Virus record (IMG/VR): IMGVR_UViG_3300036826_000588
Coordinates: 25,828 to 89,827 of that record
DNA length: 64,000 bases
Reading direction: 5' to 3' (one strand)
Source of the DNA: a virus
Under the pieces are notes generated by a model that did no database searches, had not been told where the DNA came from, and was given only the letters and a program-made list of their open reading frames with translations. The translations under genes and the position numbers were made by a program. Shown here one piece after another: positions 1-11,882 of the stretch (positions within the stretch are counted from its first letter, which is position 1; the number at the start of each line of letters is the position of its first letter).

Positions 1-2
1 GG

Positions 3-404
3 GAGCGGCGCGGCGGCTGGACGCGGTACGAGCTGTGCCTGGGCGGCCACGTGCACCGGCACTCGCCGCGGTGCAGCAGCCTCCACCCGACCAGCGCCAC
101 CGTCATCCTGGCCGAGCTGACGGACCTCACGGAGCGCCGGGTGGTGGAGCTGAAGGGCTTCGCCGCGTGCACGATCTGCTTCCCCTGGGCGCCCACGGTT
201 CCGGCCTTCCAGGCCGGCCAGAAGGCCAGCGAAGAGGCCGAGGCAGCCAAGCAGGCCGGCCGCTGCCCCGGAAGCGGCAAGTGGTTCCAGAACCCCACCC
301 GCCGGCTGTACCTCCCCTGCCCGGACTGCGGGACGCTGATGAGGCCCACCCCCACCGGAGCGGTTCGGGCGCACAACAAGCCGAAGGCGAAGGCGGCGAA
401 GTAG
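3..404 (+). CDS. hypothetical Cys-rich phage protein (5'-truncated by window edge)
   Basis: Frame open from window start; CxxC motifs (CTIC, CPDC). Confidence 0.6.
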   Translation, partial: ERRGGWTRYELCLGGHVHRHSPRCSSLHPTSATVILAELTDLTERRVVELKGFAACTICFPWAPTVPAFQAGQKASEEAEAAKQAGRCPGSGKWFQNPTRRLYLPCPDCGTLMRPTPTGAVRAHNKPKAKAAK

Positions 405-449
405 CCGCCCCCGCCCGGCGCCCCGGTTGCCAAAAGGCGGCCGGGGCGC

Positions 450-478
450 TTGCGTTTTCAGGGACCAGCGGCTACAAT
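450..478 (+). promoter_or_regulatory. sigma70-type promoter for a leaderless mRNA
   Basis: TTGCGT-N17-TACAAT, with ATG 6 nt downstream at 485. Confidence 0.7.
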
Positions 479-484
479 TCGAAT

Positions 485-1325
485 ATGAACGCTGCCGCTA
501 TGAAGCCGGTCCGGAAGCACAACTGCGAGGCTGAGACGAACCTCGTGCAGATCAGCGTCGAGTGGGCCGAGGACGGGCGCCACGTGCTCATCACGACCTG
601 GGGTTGCCGCAAGTGCCGGCGCACCTGGACGACCGAGTACGACCCGGAGAAGGTCGAGCAGGAGCGCCTGGAGCGGCTTCGCGCCGACGTGGCCAAGACC
701 GCCGCGCAGATGGCCGAGGAGCGGCGCTTGGAGCTGGAGGGAGTGGTATGAAGACGTACGAGCGGACGTTCCCGGCCACCCAGGAGCGCGACTGTTGGGT
801 GGCGGAGCAGCGGCAGGACGGTGGGCTGCTGGCCGGTTCTCGGGCGATGGAGGCGCCGGGCTGCTGCCGGCTTCGCGGCCGCCGGCAGGCCGGCATCTGC
901 CTCGACACCGTGACCCTGTTCCTGGCGAACGCGGATCCGGTACCGGCGGGCTTCCGGGAAGTGGGCCAGTGACCGCCTACGCGCCCGAGCTGACCGACTC
1001 CGGCTGGGAGGTGGAGCTGATCCCTTCGGACGGCTACCTCCACACCGGCATCCGCAACCTCGGCGCCGCGAAGCGCTACCTGCGTCGGAAGTTCAATCGC
1101 GGCATCCTGGAGCCGCTCCAGCGGCGTCTTGGGGCCCGTTTCTACGTCACGGCGCGGCAGGGTCCGAAATCGGCCTTCCTACTGGGTCCTTACGCCAGCC
1201 ACATGATCGCGCTGATGAACGTTTCTCGCGCCGAGTCCCTTCTCCGCGAGCGCTACCCGCTGGAGCTGGTGGCCGTCGGCACGGCCAGCGCGCCAGAGAG
1301 CCGCAAGACCGTCTTCGGCCGGTAG
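485..1325 (+). other. three overlapping small hypothetical CDS (485-751, 748-972, 969-1325)
   Basis: ATGA/GTGA-coupled starts and stops; protein-like composition. Confidence 0.6.
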
Positions 1326-1334
1326 CGGGCCGCC

Positions 1335-1535
1335 AGGGGTGGGCCAGAGCGGCCCATCCCTGGGAAGGGGGCCAGAGAAGGGGGCCGCCAGAAGGGGCCT
1401 TTCCAGAGGCCCACCCAGAGAGGGGGCCTTCTACAGGCGCCTCTACAGAGGGGCGCTCTACAGGTGGGGCCAGGGAGAGGCGCTCTCTACGGGCCCTGGA
1501 GGGCAGAGGCGGCCAGAGAGGGCGCCTGTAGGGTG
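1335..1535 (+). repeat. purine-rich imperfect tandem repeat region
   Basis: Recurring GGCCAGAGA(G/A)GGG and CTCTACAG/TTCTACAG units; no credible ORF. Confidence 0.6.
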
Positions 1536-1755
1536 AGGGCGAGCAGTACGTGCTGCACAGTCGACGCGCGCCGTGCTGCGCGCCTCTGCGGGCCGCGCGG
1601 GCACGCAAGCGACAGGCCGGCTGGGGCAAGCGCATTTTCAGGCGTTCCCCCCGAGCGGCCGCCCCGCATATATATGGCCAAATCGGCCGTACCCCTCCCC
1701 CCATATTTTTGTTCGTCCAATCTGGTCATCCAGGAGAGCCTCCCCGTAGCTCAAA

Positions 1756-2604
1756 ATGCGGGTCCATTTCAGCCAAATGAGACCAGCAAAATTTGGCGGG
1801 AAATTTTCAGGCAAAACCCCTTCCTGGAACACCGTTGCTGCGGTGGAACGCGTGCCGAGCGGAGTATCGAAGGGCCAGAGAGGCCGGCCTGGACAGGTGC
1901 CGTGGAGGCGCGACAGAGCGATCATGGCGCGGATCAAGCTGGTGATGCGCCCGAGCGTCCTGAACCAGCCGGTGCCGATCGTCGCGCAGATGGTGAACGC
2001 GTGGTTGGAGGAGCGCGGCCAGGCGCAGGTTGACGAGCGGACGATCCGGCGCGATATCGACCGCGCGTTGGAGCTCCACCAGGAGCGAATCGTCGGTGGG
2101 GCGGAGTGGTACCGCGCGCAGTTCCAGGCCCTCTACGCCGACGTGTGGATGTCGATCGACGCGACGCCGCGCGGCAAGGATCGGGCCCCGCTGTACGCCG
2201 ATGCGATCCGGGTCCTGGAGGACATGGCGCGGATCGACGGCGTGTGGAACGCGGCGGCCGCGGGCGAGCTATCGGCACCGATGGTGGATGGCGACCTGGT
2301 GGACGCGCAGAGCCTGTACGAGCAGGGGCAGATCGGCGAGGAGGAGCTGCGCGCCTATCTTCTGGTCCTGCACCGCGAGACGGGCGGCATCGGAGCGCCG
2401 CGGCCCGCGGGCGGCGACGGAGAGGTTATCGACGCCGAGGCCACCGAGGTGCCGGTGCACTCGCGGCCGCGACCGAGCGCACTGCCGGCGGCGCGAAACG
2501 GGCACGGACCGAAGGCCAGTGCGATCCCCGGTGTGGGCCCGATGGGCGACGAGCTGCAACTCGACCTGGACGTGATCGAGTGGGCTCCGGACGACGACGA
2601 GTGA
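1756..2604 (+). CDS. putative terminase small subunit (HTH)
   Basis: HTH-like VDERTIRRDIDRA, helical body, acidic tail; lies upstream of TerL; start uncertain. Confidence 0.5.
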   Translation: MRVHFSQMRPAKFGGKFSGKTPSWNTVAAVERVPSGVSKGQRGRPGQVPWRRDRAIMARIKLVMRPSVLNQPVPIVAQMVNAWLEERGQAQVDERTIRRDIDRALELHQERIVGGAEWYRAQFQALYADVWMSIDATPRGKDRAPLYADAIRVLEDMARIDGVWNAAAAGELSAPMVDGDLVDAQSLYEQGQIGEEELRAYLLVLHRETGGIGAPRPAGGDGEVIDAEATEVPVHSRPRPSALPAARNGHGPKASAIPGVGPMGDELQLDLDVIEWAPDDDE

Positions 2605-2623
2605 ACTGGATTGGAGAGAAGGC

Positions 2624-5386
2624 ATGGCGAACGTAGACCCCGGTGGGCCGGGAACGTTGATGCACGGCGACTTGGTAGCGACACGCTTCGGGCTGCTGTG
2701 GGTGGACAGGACCCTGGAGGCTCCTGACGGCCAGGTGGTGGGCTACGTCGGCCTGGAGCTGCCCGGCATCGTGCGCGAGATCCACGAGGTGCAGTTCGAG
2801 ACGGCCGACGTGGCGTGCCTCTACCGGCCCACCTGGAGGCGCCAGTGATCGACCCGATCATGCAGCGCCGTTGCGAGGTCTTCATGGCGGCCGCCGGGCC
2901 GGCGTGCCCGAATCGGGCCACGCACGAGGCGCTCGGCACCGCGTACTGCTGCGACCACTTCAACCACGACTGGCCCGAACAGCGGCTCATCAACGGTCGC
3001 GAGTGCGAGTTCGAGCGGGTCGAGGTGCCGGTCATGGCGCCAGAGCCGCGGTGGCGCTGGCAACGGAAGCCCGAGGAGCCGGCCCGGGCGGGCCAGGCGG
3101 ATAGCGAACGTATGTTCGTCTCGGCCCGTGAACAGCGCGACACAGCGCTCGGAGCTGAGCCGTCATGACGCCGGAGCTGCAAGAGGTGTGTGACCGCTTC
3201 GAGCGACTGGGCTGGGCGTTCGTGTGGGCGCTCTCGGAGCACTGGCGGAGCGGCTCCAACTCGCTCTACCGCCTCCGCGACTTGGCGCGTGCGCAGGTGC
3301 TGGCGCCGCCGACCGAGGCCGAGGAGTCGGAGGGTTGAGCGGCTTCCTGCGTGGTGTCTGCGCCCGAGTGGCGCACGAGGTGCAGTACACGATCTGCATG
3401 GCTTTCGACCACAACCCGGCGTCTCCAGCGTCAGTGGTGTCGAAATGCAAGCGATGCGGCGAGCGAGTCGCTCGACAGCCCGGGGGCAGATGGTGGTGAA
3501 GAACCTGGAGCAGTGGTGCGACCTCCACTGGACCGTGGTGCGTCAGTCGATCGAGACCGGCGTGGAACCCATCAACGGCCTGATGGCTTCCGCGAAGCTG
3601 ATGCAGGAGTGGTTCGACCGGAAGGCGGTCGAGCTCGGCGACGAACTGCCTCGCCCGGGCATGCCCGGCGGCGCCGCCGCGATGAACGCCATGATCGCCG
3701 AGGACTCCCCGATCTGCTGCTACATCGGAGACGCGGCCATGGGTCGCATCTTCAGGGAGTCGGTGCTGCCGCCGGAGTACCGCCACCTGCCGGTCCGAGA
3801 GGGCCACGCCATGCACGTGCGCGACTCCAACGTCGAGAGCGCCGAAGAGGAGCGGTTCCGGCGCCTCTACGCCGCTCGATTCCGCATCACCGGTGAGGGT
3901 CCCGAATCGACCGTGCACGCACCGTGCCCGATGTGCGCATTCGACAGCTTCATGGTCTACCCGATCGCAGGCGTGGACCAGATGTTCAACCGCGACGTCA
4001 CGTGCGCCGGGTGCCGCCGCACGCTGCGCCTGGCGACGGCCGATGACGGCGGGGAGCTCGTGGTGGAGCTGGTGCAGGTGGACGGACCGGCGCCGCCGCC
4101 TTGGATGCCGGCGCCGCCGCGCAGGGTCGGTCGGTGACCGACGAGGCCGAGGCGCGAGCTGCGCGCGAGCTGCTCATGTCCACGCTGCCCTGGTGGTGGC
4201 TGCCTGGCCGCCGGCACCGCTTCATGATGCACGTTGACCGGTTCGCCATCGCGTACGCCCACTGGCGCGAGACGGCGCGAGAAGAGGCGAGGCAGCCACC
4301 GCCCAACCCACCCATCGAGCACTGGTCGCATCTGTGACCGAGTTCGCTGTCTTGGTCGCGATGATCGAGCACCTGCACCTCACCGCGGAGGATGAGCGGC
4401 ACGAGTGCATCGGTTGGCAGGAAGGCCAGGCGTGCTGCCTTGATCGCGTGAGAACGAGTCCGGAGTTCGCAGCCGCGAAGGCGGCGCTGGAGGCATCGTG
4501 ATCGAGCGAGCCATCATCCACGTGGCCGGGCCAGCGCAGCCCGGGTACCAGGAGTGCCGGCGCTGTGGCTACATCTTCCACGACTACCGCGACGGCAACG
4601 TGGCCAAGCTGGCCGACGACCCCCACGACCCGATGGAGTCCTGCTGGCCGGAAGGTGAGGAGGTGCTCGTCATTGGACATCCGCTCGGCGGCCGCTACAT
4701 GGCGCGGGTGAGCGGTCTCCGACCGGACCGCGAAACGAGTGACGAGGTGCCCTGTGGCTGAATCTGAGATGCGCACCCTGCGGTACGAGCAGCTCGTTCT
4801 GCTCGACAACCAGAACCGGCTGTGGTTCGAGGTGGCGGAGTACGAGGCCGGCGTGCGGTATGCGCGGCGCTGCGTCTTCGACGAGCTGGAGGCCGAGGGC
4901 GTGCTGGACCTGAAGCTGTTCCTCGGCCTGGCCGAAGAGAAGGTGGCCGCGCTCCAGGTGCTGGTGGAGGAGGCCGCCGCGCAGCGGCGCGCAGCGACTG
5001 CCGTGGAGGCGTAAGTGGTCGAAGAGAAGGTGGTCGAGGAGAAGGCCGGCTGGAGCGCGACGCTGAACGACCCGGTTGGTGTGGCCCTCCGGGCGCGAGA
5101 GGAAGTCTGGGCCCGGATGCCGTGGTGGTGGCGGCTGCGCAAGGTGACGTTCATGCAGGCGGTCGAGGTGTACGTGCAGAAGGTGCTGCGCGCCTACGCC
5201 CATGGCGCGATCGAGGGCTGGCCGCCGGGCCCGGACGGCCAGCCGACCATGGACACCGGACTGCTGCCGCGCTACCGAAGGCGCGTCATCCAGCCACGCC
5301 TGCGGGTGCCCGACCGACCAGCCGAGGTGGCTCCGCCGCGGCGGCCTGCGCCCGGGACGCCGCCCAGGGCTCCCGGGCAGCCGTAG
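2624..5386 (+). other. run of small overlapping hypothetical phage CDS, several with CxxC zinc motifs
   Basis: Coupled ORFs such as 2624-2848, 3493-4137, 4498-4761 and 5015-5386. Confidence 0.6.
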
Positions 5387-5723
5387 TAGGATGACGATGC
5401 TTCGTGCGGGAACGGTGACAAGAGCCCCCGGGCTCTGCCGGCTGGAAGAGGGCAACCGAACGCACGCATCCGCAAGGGTGGATCTGGCCGGGTAGCCGTT
5501 CCCCTCCTCGCGCCTCTGGGGGAGGGCCCGGCCGGGCAGTAGTTCGGGGCGCCGCTCCGCGGGCGCTGCGTCGCGCTCACCTCACCAGCTTCGCCTGCGT
5601 CCGTTCCTACTGCCAGGGCCAGGGCCTGAGCGTCTCTCCCTGGACGCATCTTCGCTATACCTTTCCAGACGTCACAAGCTCCCTGAATGACGCCGGCCGG
5701 GGCAAATTCGCTTCGTCTCGAAG

Positions 5724-6572
5724 GTGGGAGGCGTGGGTCAGGCTGCCCAGTTCGCGACACATCGACCGGAATACTGGGCGGACAAGGCTGCGCGGGCCTC
5801 TCGATCGTTCTACGAGTTCTTTGTTTTCGTGAGGGGCTACCTTCCGGCGGACCACCACATGGTCATCATCGAGCGGTTGCTGTACGGCGGCCGCCTGGAG
5901 TTGATCCTCGGCTGGCCCGACGCCGCGAAGTCGACAATCGGGATCGCGTGGCTGGAATGGATGCTGGGACGCGACCCGAACCTGCGGGTCCTGGTCGCGT
6001 CCGAAGTGGCGACCGGCGTAGCGACCACGATCGTATCGGACGTCGCCGGCACGATCGAGACGAACGAGCGCTACATCATGGCGTTCGGCGAGCTGAAGGA
6101 CCCGACCGGCCGCCAGCCGTGGTCCACACGCGAAATCTTCATCCGTCCGCTCGTCACCGCCGCCACCGCGCGCGGCATGAAGATGCCCGTCACGCCGAAG
6201 GCGCCGTTCCCGTGGCTGCCTCCGCGGGGACGCGACAGCCGGCGCACCGGCCGCCACGCCACCGTGAAGGCGGTGAGCCCGCAGACCGGCTACGCGGGCG
6301 CGCGCTGCGAGATCATCATCTGCGACGACCTCGTGTCCGACCGCGTGAGCCGGTCGCAGAAGCTGACGGATCAGGTGTTCGCCAGTACGCATCAGAAGCT
6401 CCTCGGCCGTATGACCCCCCACCCCTTGAACAAAATGGTCATCTTCGGCCAGCACTACGGGCCTCGCGACTTCTACACCCTCCTGCGGCGCGTAGGCGTC
6501 GTGGTCTACGACAACAACCCGGACATGGAGGGGTTGCACGCCCTGGAGCGTGACAACCGGGAGGCGGCCTGA
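5724..6572 (+). CDS. terminase large subunit, N-terminal ATPase domain (stand-alone gene)
   Basis: Deviant Walker A LILGWPDAAKST, Walker B GARCEIIICDD, coupling-motif region VIFGQHYGPRDFY, then a stop. Confidence 0.85.
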   Translation: MGGVGQAAQFATHRPEYWADKAARASRSFYEFFVFVRGYLPADHHMVIIERLLYGGRLELILGWPDAAKSTIGIAWLEWMLGRDPNLRVLVASEVATGVATTIVSDVAGTIETNERYIMAFGELKDPTGRQPWSTREIFIRPLVTAATARGMKMPVTPKAPFPWLPPRGRDSRRTGRHATVKAVSPQTGYAGARCEIIICDDLVSDRVSRSQKLTDQVFASTHQKLLGRMTPHPLNKMVIFGQHYGPRDFYTLLRRVGVVVYDNNPDMEGLHALERDNREAA

Positions 6573-8418
6573 GTGGATATCTCACCGACCGAACTTCCAC
6601 CCGGGAGCGTCATCTGGAGGTGGAACATGCGGTACCCCGGCGTGGTGGAATGGGGCTACCCCGGAACGGCATTGCACAGCTTCCAGTGCGCGGCCTGCTA
6701 CCAGGCATGCGCGACGGCAGCGGCGCCGGTGGTACCCATGTCCATGCCTCCGCGAACGGAGCCGCCGCCGGGTGCATGCTGCTCTACGTGCGGCGGCCTG
6801 ATCCGCTCGCGGGGCTCCGGGTGACGCCACCTCTCGCTACCGGTCGGACACGTCCCAGCCACCTGTGTCCCCGTCCTTACCGCTGGGCCGACCCTTCGCC
6901 GCGAAGAGGATATCGCGAGTTCGAATCGTGCTGTTGACGGAAGCGCAGGCGGTTGGGCGCCAGGGATTCCACGGTTGCGGCATCGGGGCAGGCCCCAACT
7001 GCTGCGCGTTCCTGGTGGTCGGCGCAGACGGATTGGAGTGTGCTCGGCTGAGCGAAGTGGACGCGGAGATCCGCGGACGGGTGCTCGCCGGCTTGTTCAC
7101 CGCGCGCCGAATGCCCGATCGGCCCTTTCCGGCCTGTCAGGCAGAGGGGTGGGACTGATCTAGAAGGAGGCTGTCGTGATCGAGGGTTGGCGAGTTCAGC
7201 GCATCGAGTTCATGCACTGGCAGCGCGAGCACGGATGGACCGTGCGCGACGTCCTTTGCCGGCTGGGACTCCACTGGCCGCGGCGCTGGGAGCGCTCCGC
7301 CGAGGGTGACAGGGCTGGTATCGAGGAGCTCCTGTGCGAGGCGTGTCGCTACCGACTCGACATCCGGCCGGCGGCGCTGGCGCTTCCGGAGCGCCAGTGG
7401 ACTTCGCTGGCTGCCATTTCAGAGCTGAATCGGAGGGAAGAAGAGGCGCGTGAACCATCGAATCAGGCGAGCTGAGCGCTACGTCGCCCAGTCTGCCGCT
7501 GAGGAGCCGGAGAGGCCGGTTCCGCCGACCGTGCGCGCCTTCTTCGCGACGCCGAACATGCTGCCGCCGGCCGGGGTGTACGGCGCCGAAGACCTGGAGG
7601 GCCGGCCAGGCGTGCTGTGCTCCAGCGTCCAGGTGGAGACCATGCGCACCGTGTACGACGTGTCGTGCCCGGGGTGCGGTCGCGCGTTCGCGCTCGATCC
7701 CGACACGCAGCCGATCACCGGCAACCCGGGAGAGGGATACGCGACCGAGCTGTCGTGCGCCGTCGAGATCCGCTTCCGCGCGTGTTGTGGCTGGCACGGC
7801 CGGCTGGAGCGCGGGGTGTGGATCCCGTTCGGCCGGCAGGGGCAAGACACCCCCGCTGGTTAACGTCGTGGACGGTGTGAGAGTGGCCCGTACGCCCCGA
7901 AGCGGGGCTCCCCGATGAGCATGGTCCCCCTGGCCGGCCTCGTGGCCGACATGGCCGAGGAGAGTGTCCCCAGGGTGCCCGTAGCGTCGCTCGATCGTCC
8001 CCTGGCCGCGACCATGGACGATGGGCGCCACGTGTGGATCACGGCCATCCTGGAGCGCACCGCCGTCTACACCGACCAGTTGCAACTTCCCCTCGACAAT
8101 GCCGTACGTCAGCTCGCTGGGTTCCGTCGCTTCGTGGTCGAGTCCTCGGGGCTCAAGACCACGGAGCGGCGGGACCAGCAGCAGCAGCGTCGAGCCGCCT
8201 ACAACGGCCGCGAGGCCAGCAAGAAGGGCACCAAGAGTCAGCGACTCCAGCGTGCCGCGGACGCCGCGGCGCGCGAGATGGAGCGGCTCCAGCGCATGAT
8301 CGACAGCGATCCCAAGAACGCCAACATCGGCGCCGAGCTGGCCCAGCTCAAACAGCAGATGGCCGAGCTGACGGCCATCGCGGCGGCGCCGGTCCGCAGG
8401 ACAGCCGGCGCCGCGTAG
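6573..8418 (+). other. small hypothetical CDS between the two terminase halves (plus strand)
   Basis: 6573-6824, 7176-7475, 7450-7863, 7915-8418 and others; Cys-rich or coiled-coil. Confidence 0.55.
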
Positions 8419-8435
8419 GGGCCCGGAGTGGGCTC

Positions 8436-10793
8436 CTACAACGGCTCCATCGTGTCGCCGAAGCACGGGAACAGCGACACCTGCTCCCCGTCGTCCAGCC
8501 GGATCTCCCAGCACTCCTCGATCCCCAGCCACGCCAGCTCGAACACGCCCTCGCCCTTCAGCTCGGAGACGAGCTTGGCCGGCCCGGGATGACGGTGGAA
8601 GCGAACGCGCTGGCCGTACACGGCCGGGATCGGGGGTACTGTCCCTTGACGCTCACTCGGAGTGGTCGTGATCGGCGGCCGCGTCGTCAGCGTGCAGCGC
8701 GGCATGCTCGCGCAACAGCCGGTCCACGGGCACCTGCTCGAATTGGGTGACGCCGTGGCTCAGGCGAAGGTGCGTGCGGAGCGCTTCGCGGAACCGCTCA
8801 CGGTAGGGGGTGTCGACCACGTTGAGCGGCAAGGGTAGCCGGCCCTCCGAATCGCCGGGTCTCAGTCGCACCCCTCCTCCTGGTGCTCCAGGAGGCAATC
8901 CGGGTGGAAGGGGCAGCCACAACTCTCGCAGTCGTTCGACTCAGCCGGGTCGATCAGGTGCGAGCAGTGCTCGCAGATGGCCCACTGGTCCTCGTTCTCG
9001 TCGTCAGGCATGGCGCTCCTCGGCCTTGATGGCGGCCTCCTCGGCGCAGTAGCATTCCCACACGGGTGCGACCAGCGGGCCGCCGTGCTGATCGACGAGC
9101 GGTTCGCCCGCATTGGCGTTCACCATGATCCGCTCGTCCCAGCCGCAAAGCGCGCACAGGAAGAACGGTCCGAAGCCTGGCCCCTCGAACCAGACCGCGG
9201 TGGTCCCGCCGCAACGCGGACACTGGCCGCCATCGACGCAGGAGCACGGGTCGGAGCTGGGTGGTTCGTGGTAGCTGCCGCCGTAGAGGATGACGCCGCT
9301 GGATCCGCACTTCTGGCAGTACCGTGGCCACTTCGCCACCCACGCTTCCAGCGCGGCCCTGTCCGCGATGCATCGTGGGTCGTGCTCCACCTCGCTCGCG
9401 ACCTTGTCGATCGCCGCCTGCTGATCCAGCAGGAACGCGAGGACGCCGCGCTCAGGATCATTCACGTCAACGAACTCCATCGGCGACCTCCTTCCGTTCA
9501 GCCAGGAACCGCACGAGCAGCTCCTTCATGACCCCCAGTCGGATGCTGCCGCAGGAAGCGTAGCCCGGGCGCCGGCACTCAGGCCGACAGGCGCCGTCAG
9601 CGTCCACGAGATGCCAGCGATCCTGGAACACTGTCTTCGACCACGGGTACGTGATGTGCTCGCCACTCCTCAACGTGCGGTGGCCCGTGAACTGCTTCTC
9701 GTACCAGCCGCCTCGCTTCGCAAGCAGCACGTCCTCTGGTCCACCGCGCAGCCTCCAGGAGGCTGGCAGCGAACCGCGCGTGAATCTTGGCTGATCGATT
9801 GCGGTGGCGTTCATGACTCCATTGTAGCCGCTGGCGCCGCCTTGCGAGCGGCTCTCTCGGCCTTGAGCCGATTCAGATCCTCGACCGCCCAGCCCCGGCC
9901 GACGTAGATCCGGCACTTGCGCAGCGTGGTCAGCGTCACGATCGGCAGCCTGTAGGAGAAGTCGCGCACGCTGGCGCGGTGGTAGACGCCCCAAGGTGTC
10001 CCCGGCTCCTCGAAGCGCTCGAAGTACCACTCACCGTCCAGCGTCTCGGCGCCCCACGTCTCCACGCGCCCGGAATGGAAGGTCGGAAAGCGGCGGGTCA
10101 CACGGATCGGGACGAGGTTGGGATCCGGCGCCCGTCGGGAGGCGGCCATCTACGCCACCTCCCGAGCGAACTCCGGGGCCGGTGCAGCGTCCGGGTCGTC
10201 CACGCATTCCAGGCAGACCGTCAACGGCATCTCGGGATCCACGTCCCAAGCGGCCAGTTCGATCGGCAGCTCGCGCAGGCAGCAGACGCAGGTGAACTTG
10301 CCAGGCTCAGCGGTCGGAACCGCGGCTGCGCAAGAATCGAGGGAAATCGGGCAGTTCATACCCGAATCGTAGACGCACGAACCCTACAAAGGCAACATCG
10401 ATTGTGTCAGCTTTGGCTCGTGCGCAGTGCAGGTGCCGCCCTGGGCGTGCGCCCACCGCTCGACGTTTGAGATCGGCTGTCCGACGAACTTACGCATGAT
10501 CGGAGCGGCCTCGACGACCATGCCCCCAAGCACGATCACCCCGCAGTTGACGTACCCGTGCCGGCCGCGCGCGGGGAGCTCGACCGTGTAGATCGTCTCT
10601 CCGCGCAGCGGCAACGTCACCAGCCCCGGGTGGCGCGGCGTGCTGCCCGTCGCACCTCGTAGCCGGCCAGGTAGCCTGGCCCGCGACTGACGGCCCGGGC
10701 GAAGAAGAACAGGTGCACCAGCTCCCACAGCAGGCTGCGGCGGCGGCGCACCTGACGACGAGGGGTTCGGCGTCTCGTGGTGGCTCTGTTCAT
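8436..10793 (-). other. small hypothetical CDS between the two terminase halves (minus strand, leaderless promoters)
   Basis: 9004-9480, 9467-9814, 9811-10149, 10150-10359 and others; TACAAT/TACGAT-N6-ATG at 9814, 10359 and 10793. Confidence 0.6.
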
Positions 10794-10855
10794 ACGAGAA
10801 TCGTAGGCGCGCGGCGCCCTTTGGGCAACGTCGTGTTCGACGCTCCCATGGAGGG

Positions 10856-11827
10856 GTGACGGATTTCACCCCGGCCCGGCGCACCCGGACGCCAACCGAC
10901 CAGGAGAAGCAGGGCCGGCCGTGGAACGTCACCATCCTGCGCGCCATCAGACCGGACGGAACGCTCACCTGGCCTGACCACAACCAGATCACCGACTACC
11001 AGGAGATTTGGGAGTCCGGTGGCAGCGCGTACTTCAACACGGTTTGGATGCAGGACCCTTCCGGCCTGGCCGGCGAGGTGTTCCGACCCGAGTGGTACTT
11101 GTACTACCAGCACCCGAAGTACAGTGAAGACCGCCCCAGTGCCACGCGCCCTGGCCAGCTCGTGACAGTTACTGCCACCGACCTCTTGGCCGAGGGCGAG
11201 ATCCACGCGATCATTCCCGACTTGCGCGAGATGTTCTCGCTCATGGCGTGCGACCTGGCGATCAAGCAGTCGGACACCGCCGACTGGTATGCCCACGTGA
11301 ACGCCTACGCCTCGCGCCAGGGAGAGCTGTTCATCGAGGACGTGTACCGCGGCCGCCACAACGAGACCGAGATGGTGGAGCAGATCCTGCTGGCAGCGGG
11401 GAAGTACAAGGCGAAGGCGATTGGCATCGAGAGCGTGGCCTTCCAGAGCCTGGTGTTCAGGATGGTGGCTCGCCGAAGCCAACGTCACTTCGTGGAGCTC
11501 GACCCCGCGAACCGCGACAAGGTGTTGCGTGCGCGGCCGCTCGCGGCAAGGTACCAGATGGGCAAGGTCTTCCACCTGTACGGCGCGCGTTGGCGGAAGG
11601 CGTTCGAGTACGAGCTTCAGGAGTTCCCAGGCGGGAAGTGGGATGACCAGACGGACGCGGCCGCCTACGTCCATGAGCTGGCCGTCCGGTTCCACCCGGA
11701 CACCTGGCGCGAGGTGATGGCCATGCAGTCCGAGATGCGCCGCCGCCGGCACCTGGACGACGTCGTGGTCAGCGGCTCCAAGCTCGCCAATGTCACCATC
11801 CCCCGCGGGCCCGGGCTGAGCGGGTAG
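10856..11827 (+). CDS. terminase large subunit, C-terminal RNase H-like nuclease domain (stand-alone gene)
   Basis: LTWPD...QDP...FRPEW, MACDLA (first catalytic Asp), IGIESVAFQ, DKVLRA, FPGGKWDDQTDA; own GGAGG RBS. Confidence 0.9.
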   Translation: MTDFTPARRTRTPTDQEKQGRPWNVTILRAIRPDGTLTWPDHNQITDYQEIWESGGSAYFNTVWMQDPSGLAGEVFRPEWYLYYQHPKYSEDRPSATRPGQLVTVTATDLLAEGEIHAIIPDLREMFSLMACDLAIKQSDTADWYAHVNAYASRQGELFIEDVYRGRHNETEMVEQILLAAGKYKAKAIGIESVAFQSLVFRMVARRSQRHFVELDPANRDKVLRARPLAARYQMGKVFHLYGARWRKAFEYELQEFPGGKWDDQTDAAAYVHELAVRFHPDTWREVMAMQSEMRRRRHLDDVVVSGSKLANVTIPRGPGLSG

Positions 11828-11882
11828 CCGCTTCCGGACGCGCCCGGACGGGCAACTTCCGGGCACCTCCAAGGTGAGCTGG

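Noticed and set aside
1335-1535. CRISPR array
   Set aside because: Repeats are short, degenerate and lack unique regularly sized spacers; no cas genes in the window.
7210-8532. Long antisense ORFs (also 11891-12922, 14028-15401, 56626-57903, 57119-58507)
   Set aside because: Shadow frames of motif-supported genes in high-GC DNA.
6572-10856. Group I/II intron or intein explaining the split terminase
   Set aside because: No recognisable intron core, maturase or homing endonuclease, and no intein termini; the C-half has its own RBS. Not excluded without an Infernal search.
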